Assembly (NCBI GenBank): GCA_965203805.1
Contig: OZ241917.1
Span: 128,001-192,000 of the forward strand
DNA length: 64,000 bases
Direction of reading: 5' to 3'
Source of the DNA: Candidatus Latescibacterota bacterium
GTDB lineage: Bacteria; Latescibacterota; UBA2968; GCA-2709665
Shown: positions 33,063-43,139 of the stretch, piece by piece
How the letters are laid out: every line of letters starts with the position of its first letter
How positions within the stretch are numbered: position 1 is the first letter of the stretch
Program-made: the position numbers and the translations under genes
Notes under the pieces: generated by a model
The model's database searches: none
What the model saw: only the letters and a program-made list of their open reading frames with translations
What the model was told of the DNA's origin: nothing

Positions 33063-34400
33063 GTGCTCCAGAGTTTCCAGAGTGCCTTTCGTATCCCCGA
33101 GTTACGCAATCGCATCCTGTTTACGCTGGGGATTCTGGTGGTCTTCCGGGTTGGCACGTATGTGACCATTCCCGGCATCGACCCCAGGGCCCTGGACGAG
33201 TACTTCAGCAGTGCCGCAACGGGCGTCCTGGGATTCTACGACATGTTTGCCGGCGGCGCGTTCGGCCGTGCGACCGTCTTTGCGCTGGGCATCATGCCGT
33301 ATATCAGCGCCTCTATTATCCTGCAGCTGATGGGCGCCGTCATTCCCTTTTTGCAGAAACTCCAGAAGGAGGGCGAAGAGGGGCGGAAGAAGATCACCCA
33401 GTATACCCGATACGGGACCGTTGCGCTGGCAGCCGCTCAGTCGTTTGGCGTCAGCCTGTTTATGGAAAGCCTCCGGTCGCCCATCACGGGAATGCTGGTG
33501 GTGCCGGATCCGGGCCTCGGCTTTCGCTTGCTGACGATACTGACAATTACCGCCGGTACCGTATTTGTGATGTGGCTGGGAGAACAGATAGACGACCGGG
33601 GCATCGGCAACGGCATGTCGATGTTGATTTTCATTGGGATCATCGCCCGTGCGCCCGCGGCCGTGATCCAGGAGTATCAGGACTTCGTGGCCAACAACAA
33701 GCCCATCCTGCTGGAGTTGTTCGTGGTCGTCATCATTGTCGCGGTAACCGCGCTGGTGGTCCTCATTACGCAGGGAACGAGAAAAATACCGGTACAATAC
33801 GCAAAACGAGTTGTGGGCCGGCGGGTCTACGGAGGCCAGAGCACACACATTCCGCTGAAGGTAAATACCTCCGGAGTGATGCCGATTATTTTCGCGCAGG
33901 CCATCATGTTTTTGCCATCCACTCTGGCCAATTTCTTCCCGATGAACGAGTGGGTGCAGGATATGGCATCCAGGTTTTCGCCGGCGACCACCCTGCATGC
34001 GCTTCCGTACTGGATTCTCTATTCCGCAATGATCATCTTTTTCGCCTACTTTTATACGGCGATCGTTTTCAACCCTGTAGATCTGGCCGATAATATGAAG
34101 CGGCAGGGCGGGTTCATTCCCGGCATCCGTCCCGGTAAGCGCACGTCCGATTTTATCGATCGGATTCTGACCCGGATTACGCTTCCAGGATCCATCTTTC
34201 TGGCGGCGATCGCGGTCTTCCCGTTTTTCGTGATCAGCTGGGCCGATGTGAATCCCGGTCTGATCGACTTCTTCGGAGGGACCGGGCTTCTGATTATCGT
34301 AGGTGTGGCGCTCGACACGTTACAGAGGGTGGAATCACACCTCCTGATGCGCCACTACGACGGCTTTATGAAGAAGGGCAGGCTCAGAGGACGTAGGTGA
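33063..34400 (+). CDS. secY: Preprotein translocase SecY
   Basis: [26 protein letters not shown]. Confidence 0.98.
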   Translation: MLQSFQSAFRIPELRNRILFTLGILVVFRVGTYVTIPGIDPRALDEYFSSAATGVLGFYDMFAGGAFGRATVFALGIMPYISASIILQLMGAVIPFLQKLQKEGEEGRKKITQYTRYGTVALAAAQSFGVSLFMESLRSPITGMLVVPDPGLGFRLLTILTITAGTVFVMWLGEQIDDRGIGNGMSMLIFIGIIARAPAAVIQEYQDFVANNKPILLELFVVVIIVAVTALVVLITQGTRKIPVQYAKRVVGRRVYGGQSTHIPLKVNTSGVMPIIFAQAIMFLPSTLANFFPMNEWVQDMASRFSPATTLHALPYWILYSAMIIFFAYFYTAIVFNPVDLADNMKRQGGFIPGIRPGKRTSDFIDRILTRITLPGSIFLAAIAVFPFFVISWADVNPGLIDFFGGTGLLIIVGVALDTLQRVESHLLMRHYDGFMKKGRLRGRR

Positions 34401-34416
34401 TCGAAAGGATTTCAGA

Positions 34417-34533
34417 ATGAGGGTTCGCGCGTCCGTCAAGAGACGATGCAATCACTGCAAGATCATCCGGAGAAAGGGCGTGGTCCGGGTGATATGCAAA
34501 CACGATCCAAGTCATAAACAGAGACAGGGTTAG
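34417..34533 (+). CDS. rpmJ: 50S ribosomal protein bL36
   Basis: Manual translation [38 protein letters not shown]; absent from ORF track. Confidence 0.95.
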   Translation: MRVRASVKRRCNHCKIIRRKGVVRVICKHDPSHKQRQG

Positions 34534-34699
34534 TATTCTGTCCCGATAAAAGGCGACCCGAATTCGGCCGGCGAATCGCCCGGCCGATATACCCCTTCGA
34601 CCCTTCCACAAGTTCAGGACAGGGCTCAGGGATCCACGCAAGAGCAGGACCGGACGTATCGGCGGATGGATGGTAACAAATTTCCGGGACGGGACGCAG
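34531..34699. mobile_element. MITE-like element, copy C (degenerate)
   Basis: TAGTATTCTGTCCCG...GAATTCGGCCG left end and ATCGGCGGA..ATGGT..CCGGGACGGGACGC right end resemble copies A and B; starts at the rpmJ TAG. Confidence 0.65.
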
Positions 34700-34733
34700 G
34701 GACCTTCGGAAACCGAACAAAGGAGGAGAACCC

Positions 34734-35114
34734 ATGGCACGTATCGCAGGGGTAGACGTGCCGCGCGATAAGCGTGTGGAAATCGCGCTGACATACATTT
34801 ACGGTATCGGCAGAAGTTCCTCAAACCGGATTCTTGAGAAGACGCAGATTTCCCCGGATACACGCGTTGACGCGTTGAGCGAGGAAGACGTTACCAAACT
34901 CCGGAGTGTGATCGAGGGGGAATACCGTGTGGAGGGCAACCTGAGGAGCGAGGTGGCCATGAACATCAAGCGTCTGATGGACATCGGCTGTTACCGCGGA
35001 CTTCGCTGGCGGCGGGGGCTTCCGGTGCGCGGCCAGCGCACCCGGACGAACGCCCGGACGCGAAAAGGACCGAAGAAGGGTCAGATTGCCAAAAAGAAGA
35101 AAGCGCAGGTTTAA
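34734..35114 (+). CDS. rpsM: 30S ribosomal protein uS13
   Basis: [25 protein letters not shown]. Confidence 0.98.
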   Translation: MARIAGVDVPRDKRVEIALTYIYGIGRSSSNRILEKTQISPDTRVDALSEEDVTKLRSVIEGEYRVEGNLRSEVAMNIKRLMDIGCYRGLRWRRGLPVRGQRTRTNARTRKGPKKGQIAKKKKAQV

Positions 35115-35136
35115 ACACGATTAAGGAGGCGATCAG

Positions 35137-35526
35137 TTGCCGCCGGAACAAAGAAGAGGCCGACGAAGGAGCAAGCGGGTCGACGGACAGGGTGTTGCCC
35201 ATATTAAAGCGACGTTCAACAATACCATCGTAACCCTGACCGACAGGGACGGGCACGTGATTTCGTGGTCCACTACTGGAAAAGTGGGTTTTAAGGGTTC
35301 CCGCAAGAGTACGCCCTTTGCCGCCCAGTTGGCTGCGGAAGCCGCGGCAAAAGAAGCAATGTCCATGGGGCTGCGACGTGTTGAGGTCTGGGTCAAGGGC
35401 CCGGGCGTCGGCCGGGAAGCCGCCGTACGCGCGTTGCAGGGCGCCGGACTGGAAATCGCGGCGATTCGCGATGTCACCCCGATTCCTCACAACGGCTGCC
35501 GGCCGCCCAAGCGACGTCGGGTGTAA
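35137..35526 (+). CDS. rpsK: 30S ribosomal protein uS11
   Basis: [25 protein letters not shown]. Confidence 0.98.
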   Translation: MPPEQRRGRRRSKRVDGQGVAHIKATFNNTIVTLTDRDGHVISWSTTGKVGFKGSRKSTPFAAQLAAEAAAKEAMSMGLRRVEVWVKGPGVGREAAVRALQGAGLEIAAIRDVTPIPHNGCRPPKRRRV

Positions 35527-35553
35527 CGGTTTCCGACCGAGGAGGTCTATCGC

Positions 35554-36183
35554 ATGGCAAGGTATACGGACGCGAGCTGCAAATTGTGTCGCCGCGAAGG
35601 AGTTAAGCTGTTCCTGAAGGGCGAGCGCTGCTATCTGGACAAATGCTCGTTCGAAAAGCGCAGCTACGCGCCGGGCATGCACGGGCAGCGGCAGGGCCGC
35701 AAGCCTTCGGAATATGCCCTGCAGCTCAGAGAGAAGCAAAAGGCCAAGCGGCAGTACGGTGTGCTCGAAAGCCAGTTCCGCGGCTATTATCACAAGGCCG
35801 CCCGCCGGAAAGGCGTGACAGGGGAGCTTCTCCTGCAGACGTTGGAAAGCCGCCTGGATAACGTTACACACAGGCTGGGGTTCGCGCCTTCCCACAAGGC
35901 GGCGCGTCAACTGGTGCGGCACCGGCACATTATGGTGAATGGGCGTATCGTGGACGTCCCGTCTTTTCAGGTCGCGCCCGGCGATACAATTCAGGTTCGG
36001 GAAAAGAGCCGGCAACTGGCGTTGATCCACGAGTCCATCAAGCGTACCGGCGAGGGGCGACAGGCGGCGTGGCTGTCTCTGGACAAGGTGAATCTCACCG
36101 GCACCGTTCTCGACGTTCCCGCAAGGGAAGGGATTCCGACGCCTGTAGAAGAGCAACTCATTGTGGAATTGTATTCGAAGTAA
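35554..36183 (+). CDS. rpsD: 30S ribosomal protein uS4
   Basis: [22 protein letters not shown]. Confidence 0.98.
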   Translation: MARYTDASCKLCRREGVKLFLKGERCYLDKCSFEKRSYAPGMHGQRQGRKPSEYALQLREKQKAKRQYGVLESQFRGYYHKAARRKGVTGELLLQTLESRLDNVTHRLGFAPSHKAARQLVRHRHIMVNGRIVDVPSFQVAPGDTIQVREKSRQLALIHESIKRTGEGRQAAWLSLDKVNLTGTVLDVPAREGIPTPVEEQLIVELYSK

Positions 36184-36273
36184 TCGCATCGGCTCTAATG
36201 AGGAGCGGCCCCGTATGCCTGCAACACCGGGGATGCCGCGCTGTTTCTTAGTTGATCCAAGGAGAATGTTTGT

Positions 36274-37290
36274 ATGAAGCCCAAGAACTTCCAGATGCCC
36301 AGGTCCGTCCAGATCAATGAGGACAGCCTCACCAGTTCTTACGGAATGTTTACGGTGCAACCTCTGGAACGTGGATTCGGAACCACAATCGGCAACGCAT
36401 TGCGCAGGGTATTGCTCTCGTCCATAGAAGGCGCCGCCGTTAAGGCCATTCGGGTGAAAGGGGTCCAGCACGAGTTCTCCGTTGTACAGGGCGTTGTCGA
36501 AGACATGACTGAAATCGTCCTGAATCTCAAAGAGGTCAACCTTCGGATGCATTCGGAGGAGGACAAACAGCTACGAATCGACAAGGCCGGGCCGGGCGCC
36601 CTGACGGCCGCGGAGCTGGAGGTGGACGCGGAGGTCGAGGTCATGAATCCCGATCAGCACATCGCGTCTCTCGATAAGGACGGCCACCTGGAACTGGATA
36701 TCACCGTGGGCAACGGGCGGGGGTATGTTCTTGCCGAAGAGAACAATGTCGCCGATCCCGCTACCGATACGATCATGCTTGACTCCGCATTTTCTCCCAT
36801 CCAGAAAGTGCATTACGAGGTGGACAATGCCAGGGTGGGACAACAGACGGACTACGATAAACTGACGCTGACCGTCTGGACCAACGGAACGGTCCGACCG
36901 GACGACGCCGTGTCTCATGCGGCCAAGATACTGAAGGACCATCTGGAGCTCTTTATTCACTTCGAGGAAGAGCCGGAGGAGGAGTACGAGGAAGTCATCG
37001 ACGAAGACACGCAGCGAGTGGCCTCACAACTTCAGATGCCGGTAGAAGAACTGGAATTATCGGTTCGTTCGGCGAATTGTCTGAAGGCTGCCAATATTTT
37101 GACCCTCGAAGACCTCGTGCAGAAGACCGAGACGGAGATGCTGAAGTTCCGGAATTTCGGCCGCAAATCGCTGAATGAGCTGACGGCCATCCTGGAAGGT
37201 ATGGGACTTCAGTTCGGCATGGATATTGCGAAGTACAGCGGGATTGCCGCCAGGAGTGATGAGGTGGCAGTGCTGGAGGACGAATTTTAG
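36274..37290 (+). CDS. rpoA: RNA polymerase alpha subunit
   Basis: PLERGFG.TIGNALRR, LSVRSANCL, NFGRKSL. Confidence 0.98.
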   Translation: MKPKNFQMPRSVQINEDSLTSSYGMFTVQPLERGFGTTIGNALRRVLLSSIEGAAVKAIRVKGVQHEFSVVQGVVEDMTEIVLNLKEVNLRMHSEEDKQLRIDKAGPGALTAAELEVDAEVEVMNPDQHIASLDKDGHLELDITVGNGRGYVLAEENNVADPATDTIMLDSAFSPIQKVHYEVDNARVGQQTDYDKLTLTVWTNGTVRPDDAVSHAAKILKDHLELFIHFEEEPEEEYEEVIDEDTQRVASQLQMPVEELELSVRSANCLKAANILTLEDLVQKTETEMLKFRNFGRKSLNELTAILEGMGLQFGMDIAKYSGIAARSDEVAVLEDEF

Positions 37291-37316
37291 TAATTTCCCA
37301 AGGGGAAAGACGGGCT

Positions 37317-37868
37317 ATGAGACACGGCAAGCGGGGGCGCAAACTCGGACGTACAGCAAGCCACAAGAGAGCGATGATGAACAATATGGCCGCGTCTCTG
37401 TTCACGTACGGTTCGATACGTACGACCCACGCCAAGGCCAAGGAGTTGCGCGGTGTGGCTGAACGCCTGATCACGTTTGCCAAACGGGGCGATTTACACG
37501 CCAGACGACAGGTTCTGCGGCGAATTCGAAACCAGCGTGTCGTTGCGAAACTCTTCGACGAGATCGCAACGTCCTATACCGAACGGAACGGGGGCTATCT
37601 GCGGTTGCTCAAACTGGGCCCCCGCCGCGGCGACCGCGTTGAAATGTGCCTGGTGGAGATGGTCGGAGAGGAGTCGAGGGCCGATTTCGCTACGCGATCG
37701 GAATCTCTCGACGAAGCCGGTAACGGGCCTGACCGCGGGGAAACCGAAGGAGATTCCGCGGAGGAGGTCGCAGGCGGATCGGGCGGGCCCTCGTCGGCTC
37801 CGACCCGTGAAAGAGATTCCAGGGAAGCCGTCGAATCCGGAGAGGAACATAGGCGTACGATAAAATGA
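37317..37868 (+). CDS. rplQ: 50S ribosomal protein bL17 with acidic C-terminal extension
   Basis: MRH..RKLGR..SH, TT.AKAKELR. Confidence 0.96.
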   Translation: MRHGKRGRKLGRTASHKRAMMNNMAASLFTYGSIRTTHAKAKELRGVAERLITFAKRGDLHARRQVLRRIRNQRVVAKLFDEIATSYTERNGGYLRLLKLGPRRGDRVEMCLVEMVGEESRADFATRSESLDEAGNGPDRGETEGDSAEEVAGGSGGPSSAPTRERDSREAVESGEEHRRTIK

Positions 37869-39175
37869 TTCCGTCACGTCGCAACAATATCTGGATGAGA
37901 GGGCAAATCGACAAGCCGGTCGATTTGCCCTTTGTCTTCCGGCACGTTCCGGGGCGCGGACTCGCCTGTCTCTGCCTCGTGCTATGCCTGTGGTCGACTG
38001 CCGTTGGCGGGACAGGCAGGCCGACTGACGAATTCCGTGGATTGTGGGTGGTTCGCCACTGGCTGAAGGGTCGGGAGCAGGTCATGCGAGCGGTGCGCAC
38101 CGCCGTGGAGGGGCGGATGAACGCCCTTCTGGTGCAGGTCCGGGGCCGGGGAGACGCCTTCTACGCCAGCCGACTGGTGCCGCGTGCCGAATCTCTGTCG
38201 GAGCCGGATTTCGACCCGCTTGCGCTTCTCGTGGAAGAGGGGCGCCGGGCGGGGCTGGAAGTGCACGCCTGGGTGAACATCTACCTCACCTGGCACCCGA
38301 CAGAGCGGCGTCCTGAGTCGGCGCAGCACGTATTTCTTCAGCATCCCGAGTGGTTCATGCACTCTTCGGACGGGATCGACCTGGGGCGCGTCGGGCTGAA
38401 CGGGGTCGATCTGGTCAAACGTTCGGTGGAGGGCCGGTACCTTTCGCCCGGAAATTCCGAAGTCAGGACCCATTTACTGGCGGTCATAGAAGAGATCGTC
38501 ACGCAATACGACGTCGACGGGATTCACATGGATTATGTCCGGTATCCGAATATCCACTATGACTACAATCCGGCTGTGACGGCGGAGTTTACGAGGCGTT
38601 TCGGATTCGACCCCGCGGAATGGAAAGAAAACAGGGCGAAATCCGAAGACGTCGGCTCGGGCGTCAGCGAAGTACGGTTGGCATGGGAGAAATGGCGAAG
38701 CGGACAGGTCAGTGTGCTGGTCGGGCAGGTACGCGAGCTGCTTTCACGCCTGAAGCCCGGCGCAAGGTTGTCTGCGGCCGTCAAACCGGACATAGAATTG
38801 GCATACACGCAATACGGCCAGGATTGGACCGGATGGATCAACGCGGGGCTCGTGGATTTTGTGGTGCCCATGTTTTACAAAGGATCCACGGCCGATATCG
38901 TTCGTCAGATGACCGAGGCCCGTGAGCGGGTGAAAAGAGGGAGTCTGTACGCCGGAATTGGCATCTGGAATCAGGGAGCCGACGACACGGTCGCCCAGAT
39001 CGACGTCGCTCGCCGCGCGGGCCTGCAGGGCGTGGTGTTGTTTTCCATCGATGGATTCATACAGCAGAAGGGTCTGGTGGGCCGGTTGCTGGACGGGCCG
39101 TTTCGTGAGCCGTCGCCACTTCCGGCGCGAAAATCGAACGTGGAGGGCACCTGTGCTGAGACCCAGGCGCGGTGA
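37865..39175 (+). CDS. Glycosyl hydrolase-like family 10 (GHL10, YddW/DigH-like), secreted
   Basis: RGLWV, QVRGRGDAFY, FDPL, LEVHAW, DGIHMDY.RY, QDW; start uncertain. Confidence 0.8.
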   Translation: MIPSRRNNIWMRGQIDKPVDLPFVFRHVPGRGLACLCLVLCLWSTAVGGTGRPTDEFRGLWVVRHWLKGREQVMRAVRTAVEGRMNALLVQVRGRGDAFYASRLVPRAESLSEPDFDPLALLVEEGRRAGLEVHAWVNIYLTWHPTERRPESAQHVFLQHPEWFMHSSDGIDLGRVGLNGVDLVKRSVEGRYLSPGNSEVRTHLLAVIEEIVTQYDVDGIHMDYVRYPNIHYDYNPAVTAEFTRRFGFDPAEWKENRAKSEDVGSGVSEVRLAWEKWRSGQVSVLVGQVRELLSRLKPGARLSAAVKPDIELAYTQYGQDWTGWINAGLVDFVVPMFYKGSTADIVRQMTEARERVKRGSLYAGIGIWNQGADDTVAQIDVARRAGLQGVVLFSIDGFIQQKGLVGRLLDGPFREPSPLPARKSNVEGTCAETQAR

Positions 39176-40517
39176 CCGGATAGAGCTTGACATCGAGGGG
39201 CTCGACAGGAGGGGCAATGGGGTGGGCCGCGTTGGCGAGTACACGCTGCTGGTTCGCGGCGCGGTGCCCGGAGACCGGGTCCGGGCGCGGGTGCGCAAGG
39301 TCCGAAACCGATTGAGAAGGGTCGAAGCCAGGGTGGAGGAGCTTCTCTCCTCCGAAATTCAGCGTATCGGTGCAAGCTGTTCTCACTTTGGCCTCTGCGG
39401 CGGGTGCCTGTGGCAGGATATTCCTTACGAGTCGCAGGTCCGACTGAAGCAGGACCTGGTAAGGAACTGCCTGCTTGAGGCCGGAATCGACACGGAACCC
39501 GACGCGCCGATACCTTCCGGGGAGCCGTTCTTCTACCGGAACAAGATGGAATTCTCCTTTGGCTCGTCGCCGGACGGGCGAAACGAGGTGGGATTGCACG
39601 TTTGGGGGCGCTTCGACCGTGTATTCGACCTGGACGCCTGTCATCTGCAGTCGGAATCGTCCAACCGGATCGTTGAACGCGTGCGCAACATTACCAGGTC
39701 TCTCCCCGTTTACGATTTGAAGCGGCACGACGGCCTGCTCCGGTTCCTGACCATACGGGAAGGTAAACTGACGGGTGAAACGATGGTTGTACTGACCACA
39801 TCGGGAGATGGGTTTCCCGGGGCGGAGACGTTGGGAAAAACGCTGAGGGAGTCCTTCCCGGAGGTGAAAAGCGTGATCCGCAGCGTTAATCTTCGACGGG
39901 CTCAGGTGGCCACCGGGGACCGCGAAGAGGTGCTTTCCGGTACGGGCTCGGTAAAAGAAAAACTGGGGGATTTTACTTTCGAGATATCGCCGGGCTCGTT
40001 CTTTCAGACCAACACCCGCCAGGCCGAGCATCTCTACCGGCGGGTCGTCGAATTGGCGGAGCCCGGTTCGGACGACCGGATTCTGGACGTGTATTGCGGA
40101 ACGGGCGCGATTTCGTTGTATCTTTCGCGGAAGGCAGGATACGTACTGGGCATCGAGGTCGTTGAAGGGGCGGTTCGGGATGCGATTCGCAACAGCGCCA
40201 TCAACGGTGTGTCCAACTGCGGTTTCATTGCGGGTGCGGCGGAAGATATCCTGTGGCGGATCCGGGAGCAGGGCGAGCGGTTTGACACCGTGGTCACCGA
40301 TCCCCCGCGACCGGGAATGCATCCAAAGGCGCTGAACGCGATCTGCGATCTGCGCCCGGAGCGCATCGTTTACGTCTCGTGTAATCCGGAGGCGCTGGGT
40401 TCGGACTTGAAGCGGCTGGAGGCGGGGGGTTACAGGACGGACTATGTGCAACTCGTGGATATGTTCCCCCACACGCCCCATTGCGAGGTTGTGGCCCGGT
40501 TGGCGGATACGGCCTGA
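39153..40517 (+). CDS. rlmD: 23S rRNA m5U methyltransferase RlmD/TrmA
   Basis: TRAM domain, C.HF..CGGC Fe-S motif, SFFQTN, DPPR.G, YVSCNP, DMFPHT.H. Confidence 0.92.
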   Translation: MLRPRRGDRIELDIEGLDRRGNGVGRVGEYTLLVRGAVPGDRVRARVRKVRNRLRRVEARVEELLSSEIQRIGASCSHFGLCGGCLWQDIPYESQVRLKQDLVRNCLLEAGIDTEPDAPIPSGEPFFYRNKMEFSFGSSPDGRNEVGLHVWGRFDRVFDLDACHLQSESSNRIVERVRNITRSLPVYDLKRHDGLLRFLTIREGKLTGETMVVLTTSGDGFPGAETLGKTLRESFPEVKSVIRSVNLRRAQVATGDREEVLSGTGSVKEKLGDFTFEISPGSFFQTNTRQAEHLYRRVVELAEPGSDDRILDVYCGTGAISLYLSRKAGYVLGIEVVEGAVRDAIRNSAINGVSNCGFIAGAAEDILWRIREQGERFDTVVTDPPRPGMHPKALNAICDLRPERIVYVSCNPEALGSDLKRLEAGGYRTDYVQLVDMFPHTPHCEVVARLADTA

Positions 40518-40548
40518 CGATCCGGTATACCACACGACACGCACGGTA

Positions 40549-40586
40549 AAGCAGAGGACGCGAGCGCCCTCTGCTTTTTATTTTTC
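40549..40586 (+). terminator. Intrinsic terminator between convergent rlmD and greA
   Basis: AAGCAGAGG...CCTCTGCTT followed by a T-rich tail. Confidence 0.7.
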
Positions 40587-40598
40587 CGAACGGAAGGG

Positions 40599-41072
40599 CT
40601 AATCCCTGCTGATATCCAGAATTTCGTACGCCAGCGTACCCACGGGAACCTTCGCTTCCACCTTCTCTCCAACGCCTTTGCCCAGAAGCGCCCGACCCAC
40701 GGGGGATTGTGTTGAGATCTTGTTCTGTTCGAAATCGGCCTCGTCCGTGGATACCAGCGTATACCGGATGTGCTCGCCGGTCCTGCGGTCCTTCAACGTC
40801 ACCGTAGCGCCAAGATATGCCTTGTCCTTGGCCATCAGGCTCTCGTCGATGATTTCAGATCTGACCAACTTGTCCTGGAGTTCGGCGATCTTCTTTTCGA
40901 CGAACATCTGACGTTCTTTCGCGCTGTGGTATTCCGCGTTCTCACTCAGGTCTCCATGTTCCCGGGCCCTGGCGATGGCCTCGATAACCGCCGGCCGTTC
41001 CCGGGTTCTGAGACGCTCCAGTTCGTTCCGGATCTTGTTGTAACCGTCTTTCGTGAGGTAAAGCCGATCCAT
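40599..41072 (-). CDS. greA: Transcription elongation factor GreA
   Basis: HGDLSENAEY, ISTQSPVGRALLGK. Confidence 0.96.
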   Translation of the reverse strand: MDRLYLTKDGYNKIRNELERLRTRERPAVIEAIARAREHGDLSENAEYHSAKERQMFVEKKIAELQDKLVRSEIIDESLMAKDKAYLGATVTLKDRRTGEHIRYTLVSTDEADFEQNKISTQSPVGRALLGKGVGEKVEAKVPVGTLAYEILDISRD

Positions 41073-41132
41073 TGTCCTGTCTCGCTTCCTCGGTTGCGAA
41101 TCGCAGGTACTCACGCGCCCTGAAATTTCCGT

Positions 41133-41168
41133 AAAAATATCGGGGGTCCGGATCTGCGGACAGCCCCG
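41133..41168 (-). terminator. Terminator-like hairpin in the greA 5' leader
   Basis: Minus strand CGGGG..GTCCG-loop-CGGAC-CCCCG then ATATTTTT; upstream promoter TTGACT-N17-TAATTT at ~41224-41252. Confidence 0.55.
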
Positions 41169-41279
41169 CTACGTACGCCGAAGACGAATCTGGTGAATCC
41201 GGAAATGGACGCTAAGGTGCTCAAAATTAAGGTCTTTTTTGAATAAAGTCAAGATCAAAAGATGCCTGGCAGGTTCGGT

Positions 41280-41308
41280 TTGACATCTACCACAAAGGTT
41301 AGTATACT
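41280..41308 (+). promoter_or_regulatory. Promoter of the DapA-family/adk unit
   Basis: TTGACA-N17-TATACT. Confidence 0.75.
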
Positions 41309-41402
41309 ATACGTCTCGTGAGTCCTTTTCGGCCGCCAGAGACACAATTCGCATGAATCGCCCCACCTGAAGAAGTGCGGCGGAACACGAACGAGGGAGG
41401 GA

Positions 41403-42314
41403 ATGGATACCACGTTTGTGCGTGGGCTGATACCGGCACTGATTACCCCAATGACCTGCGACGAAGCACTGGATGAAGCGGGCCTTGAGCGCCTGCTGAA
41501 TTACGTGATCGCCGCGGGGGCCCATGGCGTATTTGCAGGGGGTACCGCCGGAGAGTCCTGGGCCTTGAGCGTGGAAGAAAAGATACGGCTCTACGAGTGG
41601 ACCGTGAATTATACCGCCGGACGGGTGCCTGTTTACGCGGGTACCTCGGCGAATTGCACGTCCGAAGCCGTGCGGCTGGCCGAAGCGGCGCAGGAGGCGG
41701 GGGCCGATTGCCTTTCCGTGCTCACGCCATACTTTATCACGCCCGGTCCCGGCGAAATGTACGAACACTTTGCCGCCGTCGCACGGGCGGTGGACCTGCC
41801 CGTGCTCTTGTACGATCTCCCGGCCAGAACGGGAAACAGTCTTTCGGTAGATCTGGTCTTGCGGCTGGCGGCGGCGTTCGGCAACATCGTCGGAATCAAG
41901 GAAAGTTCGGGCGATTTTTCCCGTACGCTCGAGTACCTGCGAATCGCCCCGGAGGGCTTTCGCGTGATTATGGGCCGCGATACGCTGATTTACGCCGCCC
42001 TCGTTCACGGCGCCGCAGGGGCAATTGCCGCAAGCGCCAACGTGGCGCCCGAACTCGGGGTTGGCGTCTATGAGCGGTTCAGGGCGGGAGATACGGACGG
42101 CGCGCTGGATTTTCAGTTGCGGCTGGCGCCGTTGAGGTCCGCGTTTTCGCTTGGAACCCATCCGGCGATGCTCAAGGCCGGTGCAGACCTCGTCGGCGCC
42201 TGTGGAGGACCACCCCGGCGACCCGTGAGCCGTCTGGCGGGCAGCGATCTGCAAGCGTTGAAAGCCGTGCTTGCAAAGATGGGAAAGCTCCAGGCCAATG
42301 CGGCGTATGAGTGA
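41403..42314 (+). CDS. DapA/NanA-family aldolase (dihydrodipicolinate synthase-like)
   Basis: GGTAGES, PY, LYDLP.RTG, GIKESSG Schiff-base lysine. Confidence 0.85.
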   Translation: MDTTFVRGLIPALITPMTCDEALDEAGLERLLNYVIAAGAHGVFAGGTAGESWALSVEEKIRLYEWTVNYTAGRVPVYAGTSANCTSEAVRLAEAAQEAGADCLSVLTPYFITPGPGEMYEHFAAVARAVDLPVLLYDLPARTGNSLSVDLVLRLAAAFGNIVGIKESSGDFSRTLEYLRIAPEGFRVIMGRDTLIYAALVHGAAGAIAASANVAPELGVGVYERFRAGDTDGALDFQLRLAPLRSAFSLGTHPAMLKAGADLVGACGGPPRRPVSRLAGSDLQALKAVLAKMGKLQANAAYE

Positions 42315-42355
42315 ATCGGAAGGGCGGAGGCCATGACGTATCGACGAGCGGGGGA

Positions 42356-42970
42356 ATGATGGATCGACGGGAGAAGCATCGGACGATTCTGGTCGTTGGC
42401 GCACCCGGATCGGGCAAGGGAACGCAGGGGAAAATCCTGGGAAAGATACCGGGATTCCACCACCTGGCCTGCGGAGACGTTTTCAGGTCGCTCGATCCGG
42501 GCAGCGAGTTGGGCAAGATATTTCTGGCCTATTCCGGCAAGGGCCGGTTGGTTCCGGACCAGTTCACGGTGCAGTTGTGGCTGGACCACATTCGAGGCGC
42601 CATTCATAACGGCGGTTTTCGACCTGAAGAGGAGGTGCTCGTTCTCGACGGCATCCCGCGCAATCCGCGCCAGGCTGAAATGATGGTGAACTATATAGAC
42701 GTCAATCTGCTTATTCATCTGGATACAGCCGACGACAACGTCCTGGTTGAACGGGCGCTTCGCAGGGCGCTCAGAGAGAACCGGCTCGACGATGCCAGCG
42801 AAGCCGTCATCAGGCGGCGGATGCGCGAATTCGAGCGGGAGACCGCGCCTCTGCTGGACTATTATCCTGCAGAGGTGATTCGCCGGGTAGACGGAGACCA
42901 GAAACCGGTAGACGTATTGCGCGACGTCATCGGAATCATCCAGGAAGTCGATGCCGTGACAGGTTTCTGA
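42356..42970 (+). CDS. adk: Adenylate kinase family protein, short (LID-less) form
   Basis: GAPGSGKGTQ, GDVFR, G.LVPD, LDGIPR..QA, R.DD. Confidence 0.85.
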   Translation: MMDRREKHRTILVVGAPGSGKGTQGKILGKIPGFHHLACGDVFRSLDPGSELGKIFLAYSGKGRLVPDQFTVQLWLDHIRGAIHNGGFRPEEEVLVLDGIPRNPRQAEMMVNYIDVNLLIHLDTADDNVLVERALRRALRENRLDDASEAVIRRRMREFERETAPLLDYYPAEVIRRVDGDQKPVDVLRDVIGIIQEVDAVTGF

Positions 42971-43139
42971 GATCCGCTGTCGATCGGTGTGGATGACGGT
43001 CGCCCGTTCTCGGGCGGCCGTCGCATTTTGGGTATAAAGGGAATTCCGGATCCCGGTTCCGGGTTTCCGCGGTCCCCGCCACCCTGCCGGCCTTCGGTTT
43101 GGAGGCCGGTTCCATCTCGACGCAGGAGCAACATCAGAG

